A program made the position numbers and the translations under genes. From Promethearchaeota archaeon (lineage in GTDB: Archaea; Asgardarchaeota; Hermodarchaeia; Hermodarchaeales; Hermodarchaeaceae), in assembly GCA_048938295.1 (NCBI GenBank), contig JBHLMI010000007.1, forward strand, positions 30,001 to 62,000: a stretch of DNA of 32,000 nt, in the 5' to 3' direction. This document shows positions 18,805 through 28,530 of this stretch, in pieces (the first letter of the stretch is position 1; each line of letters begins with the position of its first letter). The notes below the pieces were generated by a model that saw only the letters and a program-made list of their open reading frames with translations, searched no databases and was not told the DNA's origin.

Positions 18805-20238
18805 ATGACTGACAGACAAGCCGCAACTTTGAAGCCCACTTACCAGACAGTCACAACCGTTTCAGGACCGCTTCTAATCCTTGATAAGGTAACAGATGTC
18901 GCATATAACGAACTAGTAGAAGTTACTGCCCCAGATGGTACTATTCGCCGGGGAACTGTATTAGAAGCTATGCGAGGACGTGCAATCGTACAAGTTTTCG
19001 AGGGAACACGAGGGCTCGATACCAAATCCACACGAGTCCGTCTAACCGGCGAAACAATGAAGACCGCTGTGACAAGTGACTTACTGGGTCGAATTCTTAA
19101 CGGATCAGGAACACCCATTGATAGAGGTCCCCCTATTGTCCCTGATTATAACCTTGACCTCAATGGAGCTCCAATGAACCCGGACGCACGCCAATATCCA
19201 CGAGAATTTATTCAAACAGGACTAAGCGTTATTGACGGCCTCAATACTCTTGTCAGAGGTCAAAAGCTTCCCATTTTCAGTGGATCTGGGCTCCCTCATG
19301 ACCGAGTGGCGGCTCAGATAACCCGCCAAGCTAAAATCCCAGGAAAAGAAGAGCAGTTCGCAGTGATTCTCTGTGCAATTGGAATCACAGCTGAAACGGC
19401 ACAATTCTACATGAAAAACCTGGAAGAAACAGGAGCGTTGGCTACAAGCGTCCTTGTCTTGAACCTCGCAGACGATCCTCCCATTGAGCGAATCATCACA
19501 CCTCGAACCGCGCTTACCATCGCAGAGTATCTGGCATTTGAACAGAACATGCATGTACTCGTAATTCTAACAGACATGCTCAATTACGCGAACGCTTTGC
19601 GTGAAATCTCAGCCGCGCGTGAAGAGGTTCCAGGTCGCCGTGGATACCCTGGATACCTTTACACTGACCTTTCATCCATCTACGAGCGCGCAGGTCGAAT
19701 CATCGGACGAAGTGGAACCATTACTCAAATGCCCATTCTCACAATGCCAGGTGATGATATTACTCATCCAGTGGCAGACCTCACGGGTTATATTACGGAG
19801 GGACAGCTCATTACGAGCCGAGCCTTACACAACAAGGGAATCTACCCACCCATTGATCCAGCCCCAAGCCTGAGTCGTCTTATGAAGGAGGGGATTGGTG
19901 AAGGGCACACCCGGGCAGATCATAATGAAGTCCAAGCTCAGCTCTACTACGCTGCCAGCGAAGGATCTGACCTTAGGGATCTAGTTGCAGTCGTTGGGGA
20001 AGGAGCCCTTTCAGACCGGGATCGGGTATATTTGAGCTTCATTGAAACGTTCGAGCAACTATTTCTCAACCAGGGTGAATTTGAAGAACGCACAATAGAA
20101 CAGACCCTCGATCTAGGCTGGGAAATGCTCTCAAGATTCCCTGAGCGTGAACTCAAACGAATCGACCCCGAAACGATTGAAAAAGCGAAGAATAAACAAC
20201 TCTACCGATACTTGCCTTCAGCTAGCGAGGCAAACTAG
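18805..20238 (+). CDS. atpB: A/V-type ATP synthase subunit B
   Basis: [64 protein letters not shown]. Confidence 0.97.
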   Translation: MTDRQAATLKPTYQTVTTVSGPLLILDKVTDVAYNELVEVTAPDGTIRRGTVLEAMRGRAIVQVFEGTRGLDTKSTRVRLTGETMKTAVTSDLLGRILNGSGTPIDRGPPIVPDYNLDLNGAPMNPDARQYPREFIQTGLSVIDGLNTLVRGQKLPIFSGSGLPHDRVAAQITRQAKIPGKEEQFAVILCAIGITAETAQFYMKNLEETGALATSVLVLNLADDPPIERIITPRTALTIAEYLAFEQNMHVLVILTDMLNYANALREISAAREEVPGRRGYPGYLYTDLSSIYERAGRIIGRSGTITQMPILTMPGDDITHPVADLTGYITEGQLITSRALHNKGIYPPIDPAPSLSRLMKEGIGEGHTRADHNEVQAQLYYAASEGSDLRDLVAVVGEGALSDRDRVYLSFIETFEQLFLNQGEFEERTIEQTLDLGWEMLSRFPERELKRIDPETIEKAKNKQLYRYLPSASEAN

Positions 20239-20302
20239 TTCCTTGTCCACAGGGCACCACAATTGTTTTAGGTCGATGAGCCATTTCTTGGTTTTAGTAT
20301 CA

Positions 20303-20407
20303 GCGGCTTTGATCTAGTGGTTATGATCCAGGCCTCCCACGCCTGAGACCCGGGTTCGAAAGCTCGACAAGCTTTGCTTGGTGCCGAAAGTCCCGGAAGC
20401 CGCACCA
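20303..20407 (+). tRNA. tRNA-Gly(CCC) with a 30-nt intron at 59/60
   Basis: GCGGCTT/AAGCCGC plus ACCA, anticodon arm CAGGC-CTCCCAC-GCCTG. Intron 20361-20390 forms a BHB with central helix TTCG/CGAA. Confidence 0.93.
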
Positions 20408-20456
20408 TTTCTCGTTTTCCCAACGCATAAAAGGTGTAGAGCCCATGATGAAGAAA

Positions 20457-20541
20457 GGAGAATGGCAGTGACGACTTGACCCTTTAGACCTATAGTATCC
20501 TATTAGGAATGATAAGGATCTTGAGTGCCGAGCCGTTCTCC
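20457..20541 (+). ncRNA. Candidate box C/D guide sRNA
   Basis: 10-bp terminal stem, C box GTGACGA (20468-74), 10-nt guide, D' TAGA, internal hairpin, C' ATGATAA (20509-15), 12-nt guide, D CCGA (20528-31). TATA-like CATAAAAG at 20426-33. The G-U pair in the terminal stem favours the + strand. Confidence 0.7.
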
Positions 20542-20555
20542 GCCTTTCCTTCGCT

Positions 20556-21335
20556 TTAGGTGTTAGTTTTGTCTTGATAGTGCCCGAAAATTGCCATGTA
20601 CATACATTCATCTTGTGATATGGTCAATTCGTCTGGTCTAATAATTCTCGTTGTAAACTCTACTGGTGCATCCCGTATTACAACCAATGGAATCCTTTCA
20701 TTGGCTTCCCCCAATAGGAGTTGAGCCGCTGAAGCAAGATTATCAGCAACCGCGGCACGCGTGATACGGAGAGGACGACCAAAGAGATCCATTTGGCCCC
20801 GAAAATCTTTAATTGGTTCGATGCCTGCGACAGCTACTGCCAATCCAACGGTCCCCAAGCGGAGTGGTTGGGTACGGCTATCAGCAATAATAACACCTAG
20901 TTGATGGCCCGTTTTCGCTTCCAAGTTTGCTTTTATTTCCCAGGCCGTTTTTGTTGGATGAGAGGGAAGTAAGACCACATGTCCTACAGGAGCATTTGAC
21001 CGATCAATTCCTGCATTTGCCATGAGTGTATTGTCCTTAATGGTGAGGAGGACATGGGGAACTCCTCCAAGGATCTTGTCAGCCTCCTCAAGGACTAGTT
21101 GAGCTAGTGGTGCTTCTAGTTCGTACCGTTCAGAAAGTTCTTGTGCACGAGGTGATACCTGAACTGCGCTAAGTTCGCGTATTCGGTTTTGGGCAGTTGC
21201 TACAGCAGTCTCGGCAATGACCAAAATATCTTGGGATGCCAGTGAAATTCTCTGGTCAGCTAGGGAATCGCATAATATGTCAATCAGGTTGTCCCCGGGA
21301 TTGATTATTGGTGTTCGTATTCCAAAGAGCTGCAT
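20556..21335 (-). CDS. cofE: CofE-family gamma-glutamyl ligase (F420-0 ligase or FolC2-like)
   Basis: GIRTPIINPGD, MANAGIDRSN, VIIADSRTQPLRLGTVG, VADNLASAAQLLLGEANERIP. Start set at the ATG 1 nt after the folP stop. Confidence 0.85.
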   Translation of the reverse strand: MQLFGIRTPIINPGDNLIDILCDSLADQRISLASQDILVIAETAVATAQNRIRELSAVQVSPRAQELSERYELEAPLAQLVLEEADKILGGVPHVLLTIKDNTLMANAGIDRSNAPVGHVVLLPSHPTKTAWEIKANLEAKTGHQLGVIIADSRTQPLRLGTVGLAVAVAGIEPIKDFRGQMDLFGRPLRITRAAVADNLASAAQLLLGEANERIPLVVIRDAPVEFTTRIIRPDELTISQDECMYMAIFGHYQDKTNT

Positions 21336-21336
21336 T

Positions 21337-22173
21337 TTACTCACACTCCTGTGGCGATTGAAGCGCTGCAACCATCCGTATACAGTCTTTGGTCGCACGA
21401 ACATCATGCGTACGAAGAACATGTGCGCCCTTGAGAATAACGACTGTAGAAACTGCGAGGCTACCGAAAAGTCTGTCGTCTGGGCTCTCATAGCCTAGCA
21501 CCTGTCCGATGAAGTTTTTTCGTGATACGCCAACTAGGATAGGGCGGTCGAGGGTTCGAAGCGCCTTTAGGTTTCGGATGATTTCTACATCACACCCAAA
21601 TGGCTTTCCAAAACCTAGACCCGGATCAACTACAAGGGAACTATTTGAAATCTCGGCGGTGCGAGCAATATGGAGGCTTTCTCTTAGGGCAGACACTATG
21701 GCAGGAATCTTGAGTTGATCTCCGGGTTGCGATTTTGAAGCCATAACGATGCAACTAGCGCCGGTATCTTTAATTACTGCAGCCATGGCGGAATCAGATT
21801 TCAACCCAGAAACATCATTGACTATGGTAGCTCCATTTGTCAAAGCGACCTTAGCAACTTGAGTTCGTTGGGTGTCAATAGATAGTGGGATGGCCCATTT
21901 CTGAGAAATTTGTTTTATGACTGGTTGGACACGACGAATTTCTTCATCAATGGAGACTGGTGAAGCCCCAGGGGCAGTAGAGGCACCTCCGATATCTAAT
22001 ATTTCGACGCCTTCTTCTATCATTTTTTCTGCAGCTGAAACCGCTTTTTGTAAAGAGGGATAAGAGGAGGGGGAATAGAATGAATAAGGGTCGAGGTTAA
22101 TGATACCTATAGATACAATCGGATGGCCGTCCCCTACGGGTACATTACCGAGATATGCAGTGAGAGAAGGCAT
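21337..22173 (-). CDS. folP: Dihydropteroate synthase
   Basis: GIINLDPYSFY, DIGGAST, EEIRRV, SIDT, VNDVSG, DPGLGFGK, GVSRKNFIG, RTHDV. GGTGA Shine-Dalgarno-like element precedes the ATG at 22173. Confidence 0.9.
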   Translation of the reverse strand: MPSLTAYLGNVPVGDGHPIVSIGIINLDPYSFYSPSSYPSLQKAVSAAEKMIEEGVEILDIGGASTAPGASPVSIDEEIRRVQPVIKQISQKWAIPLSIDTQRTQVAKVALTNGATIVNDVSGLKSDSAMAAVIKDTGASCIVMASKSQPGDQLKIPAIVSALRESLHIARTAEISNSSLVVDPGLGFGKPFGCDVEIIRNLKALRTLDRPILVGVSRKNFIGQVLGYESPDDRLFGSLAVSTVVILKGAHVLRTHDVRATKDCIRMVAALQSPQECE

Positions 22174-22240
22174 GCGTATCACCGAAAACTTAATGCCATT
22201 TGCCAAATAAGAACTCGACCGTTTCATTGAGGTCTTTCGT

Positions 22241-23377
22241 ATGACTGGATCCCAATTGTTGAAGACACACCTGCATGATTGGCATGCTGAACATGGAGGA
22301 AAAATGACTGCATTTGCTGGTTTCGACATGCCGTTATGGTATCAAGCAACGATCCCTGAACATCTTACTACACGCAGTGCTGCTGGGTTGTTCGATGTTA
22401 CACATATGGGAAGGGCTATGATTACTGGACCCGAGGCAACCCAATATCTTGATTATTTATTACCAACTCGAATCCACCTTCTAGACCAGGGAGCTGGTAC
22501 CTACAGTGCCTTTTGTACGGAAAAGGGGGGTATCGTCGATGATCTATTCTTGTTCCGACTGGCTGATGAGGAATATTATATGGTGGTAAATAGTGCGAAT
22601 CGCAAGAAAGACTTCGCCTGGATGAAAAAGCACAGAACCAAATTCGATGTATCCATCTCTGATATCTCCGATGAAACTCCGATGTTTGCTCTCCAAGGGC
22701 CTATGGCTGTTAAGGTTCTTCAGAGACTATCCTCCAAGGATTTATCTTCGGTTCCGCGTTTTCACGCCATTCATACGAAACTTGATGACTTCGAAGCCAT
22801 TGCAACTCGGAGTGGTTATACTGGCGAAGATGGATTCGAAATCGCCCAAATGAATGTGCCTCTAAAAGAAAAAGAAAAAGCTGTTCAGCTTTGGGAGAGA
22901 ATCCTCAAGGAAGGAAAGGGCGAAAGAGTAGTCCCAGTAGGATTGGCGGCCCGTGATACTCTTCGCTTAGAAGCAGGCATGGTTCTTTATGGAAACGATA
23001 TCAACGAAGAAACAACTCCTTTTCAAGCGCGGATTGGCTTTGTTGTCAGCCTTAAGAAAGAAAACTTCATTGGGAAAGATGCACTAGTGATTGAGAAACG
23101 TGAAAAACCACAACGATTACGAGTTGGATTAATCCTTTTGGGGAAGGGAATTCCACGAACAGGAGATACTATTTATGCTAAGGCTTCCGTGGTTGGCGAA
23201 GTTACAAGTGGTTCAATTTCCCCTTTGATTCGGAGGGGTATTGCCCTAGGATATGTTCAACGCCCATTTCGAAAATCAGAGACCCTCGTACATATCGAAG
23301 TTGGGAAGAAATTACGTTGGGCAGAGATTATTCACCCCAAAAGACTTCTTGGCAGAATTAGGCAACTTGCAGGTTAG
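22241..23377 (+). CDS. gcvT: Glycine cleavage system T protein (aminomethyltransferase)
   Basis: FAGFDMPLWY, GLFDVTHMG, ALQGP, TRSGYTGEDGFEI, GLAARDTLRLEAG, GEVTSG. Confidence 0.95.
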   Translation: MTGSQLLKTHLHDWHAEHGGKMTAFAGFDMPLWYQATIPEHLTTRSAAGLFDVTHMGRAMITGPEATQYLDYLLPTRIHLLDQGAGTYSAFCTEKGGIVDDLFLFRLADEEYYMVVNSANRKKDFAWMKKHRTKFDVSISDISDETPMFALQGPMAVKVLQRLSSKDLSSVPRFHAIHTKLDDFEAIATRSGYTGEDGFEIAQMNVPLKEKEKAVQLWERILKEGKGERVVPVGLAARDTLRLEAGMVLYGNDINEETTPFQARIGFVVSLKKENFIGKDALVIEKREKPQRLRVGLILLGKGIPRTGDTIYAKASVVGEVTSGSISPLIRRGIALGYVQRPFRKSETLVHIEVGKKLRWAEIIHPKRLLGRIRQLAG

Positions 23378-23399
23378 CAACCGAAAGAAGAATCTTCGT

Positions 23400-23702
23400 T
23401 CAAGAGTCCCAGTCACTTTCCACTTTTTGAACGAAATTTACTAACAGTTGAGAGACAGGATGCTTCGGATTTAGATGTAGAATTCTTCGGCGACGGAAGA
23501 ATCGAATATCAGAAACGATTCCGGCTTTAATAAGGGGAAGAAGGCACCTTTCTACAGAGGAAACTGAAACATTTGCACGACGTGCCAACATGGAAAGGTG
23601 CATGGTAGTGTCTTTTTGCTCTATGAGCACCTCGAGTAACCGTATCTGTGGAGTATCCCCAAATAACTCTTTTAATCGACCCATTTCTGTAGCCAACCTC
23701 AC
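23400..23702 (-). CDS. Small winged-helix DNA-binding protein
   Basis: LSMLARRANVSVSSVERCLLPLIKAGIV helix-turn-helix followed by a wing. Confidence 0.7.
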   Translation of the reverse strand: MRLATEMGRLKELFGDTPQIRLLEVLIEQKDTTMHLSMLARRANVSVSSVERCLLPLIKAGIVSDIRFFRRRRILHLNPKHPVSQLLVNFVQKVESDWDS

Positions 23703-23786
23703 CGCTCATGAAGGGTGCCAGTTGTCAATACAGGGGTCAATTTAGAAGAAAAATCTTGTCTCAGGTTTTTCTTTAGATGGGAACGA

Positions 23787-24476
23787 TTACGAAATAGTGA
23801 CCCGGGTTCCAATTTTCCTATTATTAATTGCATGAACAATGTTTCGGGGGTCTTTGCCGTTCACGAACCAAATTTCAACACCAGCGCGCTCGATTATCTC
23901 TAACGCTCGTTTATCAAACAAGGGGTAGGATCCTGGTTCGTTGGTAAGCGAAGAAACAATCTTACGTAATTTGTCGAGTGTGAGTTCAGAAATCAGCTTA
24001 GCTTCTGGTGACTGTTTGGGATCCTTATCATATACTCCTTCAACATCTGTTACGTTGAGTAGTACCCTTGCACCAATTATTTCAGCAGCCCGAGCAGCAA
24101 CAGCATTGGTTGATTGACCGGGATGAAGGCCTCCTAATACAAGTAATTTGTCTGTTTCTTGTAATTTCATTAATTGTTCTTCGGTCATAATGGGAGTAGG
24201 ATATGCTAAGGCTTCCAATGCGGCGATCATTAATTGGGCACAAACCCATGTTGCAGCAATTCCCAGTCGATCCAGTGCATTTCGGTTAGCACCTAAAATC
24301 TTCCCCTTTTCAACTAATTTCTTCGCCAAAACACCTCCACCAACAACAATAACAAGTTCGTGTCCTTCGCGTTTTAATTGTTGAACAATTGATGCCATTT
24401 GGTTAAATCGAGCTAAATCAAGTTCTTGCTCGCTATCAAAGAGCAATGATCCACCGATTTTTAAGACGAACTTCAT
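23787..24476 (-). CDS. pyrH: UMP kinase
   Basis: VLKIGGS, VVGGG, DRLGIAAT, PGQSTNAVAA, TDVEGVYDKDP. Confidence 0.93.
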   Translation of the reverse strand: MKFVLKIGGSLLFDSEQELDLARFNQMASIVQQLKREGHELVIVVGGGVLAKKLVEKGKILGANRNALDRLGIAATWVCAQLMIAALEALAYPTPIMTEEQLMKLQETDKLLVLGGLHPGQSTNAVAARAAEIIGARVLLNVTDVEGVYDKDPKQSPEAKLISELTLDKLRKIVSSLTNEPGSYPLFDKRALEIIERAGVEIWFVNGKDPRNIVHAINNRKIGTRVTIS

Positions 24477-24584
24477 ACTAACACCTTTGTAGTTCGAAAA
24501 GTTTATGAACCTTTAACGGTTGCTCCTCGCACCTAATGGCACATACATGCCTTTTTGCTTTATGCGAATAGGGAGTTGTAATCC

Positions 24585-25844
24585 ATGTCCACTACAAGTG
24601 AATCCTTTCAGCGGTTCAAACTCAAGAAGGTAGTGGACATGCTCGCTCACAAAAAAGGACTGCACACAGAACTCATTACCCTCTATATCCCCCCTGATCG
24701 ACAGATGAGTGACGTACTTGGTACACTTCGCACGGAATATGGTACAGCTACCAATATCAAATCTAAATCAACGCGGAAGAACGTGATGGATGCTATTCAG
24801 ACTGTTATTCAACGGCTAAAGATTATCCCAAAACCTCCCCCTCATGGTCTAGCTGTGTTTGCAGGAGCGATTCCACATGGGTCTCCTGGAAGCGAGAAGA
24901 TGGAGATCTATCTCTTTGAACCGCCAGAACCAGTTAATGTCTATATTTATCGATGCGCTGCTGAATTCTGGTTAGATCCACTCCGTGAAATGCTAACACC
25001 CAAAGAAAGTTATGGGCTTATCTCAATTGATCGAAGCGCTGCCTCCTGGGCATTACTCCGAGGAACGAGTCTTAACATCATCAAGACGGTGAAATCAGGA
25101 ATAATGGGCAAACACCGAGCAGGAGGCCAGAGTCAACGCCGATTTGAGCGATTAATAGAACAAGCAGCCCATGAGTTTCTAACAAAATCCGCTGAACTAA
25201 CCCGGGAGTACTTCGAGGAGATACCGGATCTCCAAGGAATCATTATAGGAGGACCAGGGTTTACTAAGGAAACCTTTGCAGAGAAAGGTTATTTGAAATC
25301 ACCTTTAAAGGAGAAGGTTTTGGCTATCCTTGATACGGCCTATGCAGGCGAAGAAGGCATCAGAGCCCTAGTCGAAAAATCGGAAGATATTCTTCGAAAC
25401 CAGCGGCTTATTGAAGAAAAACTACTTGTTCAACGATTTTTAAGTGAACTAGCCCGCGATACTGGTCTTGCCACCTACGGTGAAAAACAAGTCCGTGAGG
25501 CCTTGAACCGAGGGGCTGTTGAACTGATTCTTGTTTCAGAAGGGATTGATTACTCCCGGATTACGGTCCAATGTAGTTCCTGTGGAGATAAAACAGAAAA
25601 GACATTACCTCCGGATGCTCTACGTAAGTTAGAAGAAGAGTTGGACTCTAAACAATGTTCAAAGTGTCATAATCAATCTTTACAACTTGTGGAGGCCCAA
25701 GACATCATTGAAGAACTGGGAGAAGTGGCGAAAGAAACCGGAGCCGAGATAGAAATTATTTCCCCTGAAACAGAAGAAGGCAAACAACTTCTCAACTCGT
25801 TCCGCGGCATAGGAGCTATTCTGCGGTGGGCAGAACAAGGTTAG
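24585..25844 (+). CDS. prf1: Archaeal peptide chain release factor aRF1
   Basis: TELITLYIP, TNIKSK, YRC, GKHRAGGQSQRRFERL, GIGAILR. Confidence 0.97.
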   Translation: MSTTSESFQRFKLKKVVDMLAHKKGLHTELITLYIPPDRQMSDVLGTLRTEYGTATNIKSKSTRKNVMDAIQTVIQRLKIIPKPPPHGLAVFAGAIPHGSPGSEKMEIYLFEPPEPVNVYIYRCAAEFWLDPLREMLTPKESYGLISIDRSAASWALLRGTSLNIIKTVKSGIMGKHRAGGQSQRRFERLIEQAAHEFLTKSAELTREYFEEIPDLQGIIIGGPGFTKETFAEKGYLKSPLKEKVLAILDTAYAGEEGIRALVEKSEDILRNQRLIEEKLLVQRFLSELARDTGLATYGEKQVREALNRGAVELILVSEGIDYSRITVQCSSCGDKTEKTLPPDALRKLEEELDSKQCSKCHNQSLQLVEAQDIIEELGEVAKETGAEIEIISPETEEGKQLLNSFRGIGAILRWAEQG

Positions 25845-25970
25845 GGCAAAAATTCTTGGAGAAAGCCTTTTTAGCGAGCGAAAGAATGCGATTTCCTAGT
25901 CAAATGAAAAGATATTATGAAGGCAAATTTTAGTCACCAAAGACGAATTGCGGCAAAGAAGTTGTGAACC

Positions 25971-28364
25971 ATGGGGCAGGATATGCAGCTAAAAGAGAAG
26001 CGCTGGAAACCAGAAATCGAGGAAGAAATCCTCAAGTTATGGATCAAGGACCAACTCTACGCCTTCAATAAAGATACAAAAAAACCTGTTTTCTCCGTTG
26101 ACACCCCACCGCCATATCTTAGCGGGCCATTGCATGTAGGCGGCTCCATTCACTATGCACAAATCGACATGATTGCCCGCACCAAGCGCATGGAAGGATT
26201 TGACGTCATTTTTCCTATGGGATTAGATCGGAATGGATTACCAATTGAAGTTCAAGTGGAAAAAGCGCACAAAAAAAGTATGCATGAAATTCCACGGCAA
26301 CAATTCCTTGAGTTTTGTGCCGAGTTTTTAGATCGTAATGAAGCACTCGTTGTTGCACACGCTCAACGCTTGGGCCTTAGCTGTAATTCCTTCAAACATG
26401 ATGAAATGTATCGCACTGATAGTCCGGATTATCGGGCAGTGACTCAACGCACCTTCATCGAATTGTATAATAAAGGCCTTATCTACATCGACGACCGCCC
26501 CAATAATTGGTGTCCCGAATGCGGAACCACCATTGCGGATGCGGAAGTCGAATACAAGGATCTGGAAACCACTCTCTCAACCCTTAAGTTCACCATCGAA
26601 GGCACAGAAGAGGAATTACCCATTGCTACAACCCGACCCGAACTCCTCTCAGCCTGTGCGGCCGTTCTAATTAATCCTGACGACGACCGATACAAACACC
26701 TTCATGGAAAAACTGCAGTTACTCCATTGTACAACAAGAGTGTTCCCATCATCCCCCACCATGAAGCTCATATCGAATTTGGCACAGGGGTTGTCATGGT
26801 CTGCAGTTATGGCGATTACACCGACGTCCGCCTTTTCCGAGAATTACAGTTAGAACCGATTAACGCCCTTGACCCAGATGGCAAACTCACTGAAGTTACT
26901 GGTCCATACAAAGGTCTCACGGTCACAGAAGCCCGGAAGGCCATCCGCAAAGACTTGAAAGCCAAAAACCTTATCCTGAAAGAAGAAGCCACAATGCATC
27001 GCACACCCACGTGCTGGCGGAGTCGGAACCCCATCGAGTTTGTTGCAATGCCCGAGTATTATCTGAAACAACTCCAATACATCGATGATCTCCGAGTCGC
27101 TGTTGACCAAATGCTTTTCTACCCTCCCAAGAACAAGCAGATATTAGTGGACTGGATTAACAGCGTCAGCCATGACTGGCCAATCAGCCGGCGCCGTTAC
27201 TATGGGACCGAAGTTCCCCTTTGGTACTGCAAAAAATGTAACGAAACAATAGTCCCACCCCCCGGATCTTACTACCAACCATGGAAAGATTCACCACCTG
27301 TCGATATATGCCCTAAATGTGAAGGTACTGGTCCGTTTGAGGGTGAAACCCGAACACTAGACACCTGGATGGATTCTTCCATAAGTGGCCTAATCACCAT
27401 CTTCTATACTAAGGACAACAAATTCTTTCAGACACACTTCCCACCCAGTATCCGCCCACAGGGTAAGGATATAGTTCGCACATGGCTCTATTACTCCATC
27501 CTGCGCACCTACCAACTCTTCCAAGCCCCTGCCTTCAAATACGTCTGGATTAGTGGCCACGGCCTCGACGAGAAGGGCGAAGCCATGAGCAAATCACGTG
27601 GCAACACCATCGACCCAAACCCAATTATCAAGAAATACGGTGCCGATGCGTTCCGCCTCTGGGGAGCACTTGAAACTTCTCTTGGCTCAGACTACCGCTT
27701 CAATGAAGGTCGTCTCACTGGTGCCCACAGATTCCTTACTAAACTTTGGAACATCTCCCGTTTCATCTCTGGATTCCCCCAACCTAGAGAAAAAACCATT
27801 AATTACCAACCAGCCGACAAATGGATTCTCTCCGAACTAAACCAGCTTATCCAAAAAGCGAGAGCAGGATATAACAAACTAGATTTCATCATTCCTTCCC
27901 GTGAGTTGCGCGCATTCACTTGGGACCTCTTCGCTAGCCACTATCTTGAACTCGTAAAAGGTCGTGCTTATTCAGAACAGGATAAAGCAGGCAGTTCCGC
28001 AGCCTGGCATACGCTTCACACCGTCCTTAAAACCATCCTGAAACTCCTAGCCCCTATCTGCCCCTTCATTACAGATAAGATTCACCGCGAACTCTATGAC
28101 CCCAAGACTTCTATTCACAAATACCAATTCCCAGAACCTATCAGAAATATCACAAATGACCACCCAACAGAAGCGCTTACTCAATTCAATGCTGAAATCT
28201 GGAAACATAAAAAAGACAATAAGATAAGCCTTCGAGAAGCGCTTCCAACAGTTATAGCACCCAAAAATCTCCAACCTTATGCTGAAGACCTCAAACGCAT
28301 GCATAACATCCAAACCCTGAAGTTCCACACAAAGGATAACACAAAAATACCTCCGCCCAAATAA
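25971..28364 (+). CDS. valS: Valyl-tRNA synthetase
   Basis: VDTPPPYLSG, HIGH-like LHVGG, ATTRPELL, DWPISRRRYYG, DTWMDSS, PQGKDIVRTW, AMSKSRGN. Confidence 0.95.
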   Translation: MGQDMQLKEKRWKPEIEEEILKLWIKDQLYAFNKDTKKPVFSVDTPPPYLSGPLHVGGSIHYAQIDMIARTKRMEGFDVIFPMGLDRNGLPIEVQVEKAHKKSMHEIPRQQFLEFCAEFLDRNEALVVAHAQRLGLSCNSFKHDEMYRTDSPDYRAVTQRTFIELYNKGLIYIDDRPNNWCPECGTTIADAEVEYKDLETTLSTLKFTIEGTEEELPIATTRPELLSACAAVLINPDDDRYKHLHGKTAVTPLYNKSVPIIPHHEAHIEFGTGVVMVCSYGDYTDVRLFRELQLEPINALDPDGKLTEVTGPYKGLTVTEARKAIRKDLKAKNLILKEEATMHRTPTCWRSRNPIEFVAMPEYYLKQLQYIDDLRVAVDQMLFYPPKNKQILVDWINSVSHDWPISRRRYYGTEVPLWYCKKCNETIVPPPGSYYQPWKDSPPVDICPKCEGTGPFEGETRTLDTWMDSSISGLITIFYTKDNKFFQTHFPPSIRPQGKDIVRTWLYYSILRTYQLFQAPAFKYVWISGHGLDEKGEAMSKSRGNTIDPNPIIKKYGADAFRLWGALETSLGSDYRFNEGRLTGAHRFLTKLWNISRFISGFPQPREKTINYQPADKWILSELNQLIQKARAGYNKLDFIIPSRELRAFTWDLFASHYLELVKGRAYSEQDKAGSSAAWHTLHTVLKTILKLLAPICPFITDKIHRELYDPKTSIHKYQFPEPIRNITNDHPTEALTQFNAEIWKHKKDNKISLREALPTVIAPKNLQPYAEDLKRMHNIQTLKFHTKDNTKIPPPK

Positions 28365-28378
28365 CCCCGCCACTCAGT

Positions 28379-28453
28379 GGGGTGATAGATCAATGGTAGA
28401 TCGCGTGCCTCGCACGCACGAGGTTCCGGGTTCAAGTCCCGGTCACTCCACCA
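28379..28453 (+). tRNA. tRNA-Ala(CGC), intronless
   Basis: GGGGTGA/TCACTCC with the G3:U70 alanine identity pair, anticodon arm CGTGC-CTCGCAC-GCACG, encoded CCA. Starts 14 nt after the valS stop. Confidence 0.96.
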
Positions 28454-28478
28454 ATTATGTCCAGCTCTGATTGACTGA

Positions 28479-28494
28479 CAAAAATCATATAAGC
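28479..28494 (+). promoter_or_regulatory. BRE/TATA promoter for tRNA-Ile
   Basis: CAAAAATCATATAAGC about 37 nt upstream of the mature tRNA 5' end. Confidence 0.6.
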
Positions 28495-28530
28495 AACGAA
28501 CCCCCACGCCCAACACCGTACAATTTCCGT

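Noticed and set aside
20475-20484. D' guide pairing to a tRNA T arm (GAGGGUUCAAG)
   Set aside because: Needs a bulge inside the duplex and no matching target is in the window; too speculative.
20457-20541. SECIS reading of the GTGA...GA K-turn hairpin
   Set aside because: No upstream same-strand CDS with an in-frame TGA (atpB ends in TAG and a tRNA intervenes). The C/D layout and tRNA complement explain the hairpin better.
20321-20611. 96-aa minus-strand ORF
   Set aside because: Antisense to tRNA-Gly and the candidate sRNA; no recognisable protein.
21336-22329. Long N-terminal extensions of cofE (to 21491) and folP (to 22329)
   Set aside because: They overlap folP and gcvT respectively; better ATGs with SD-like elements exist at 21335 and 22173.
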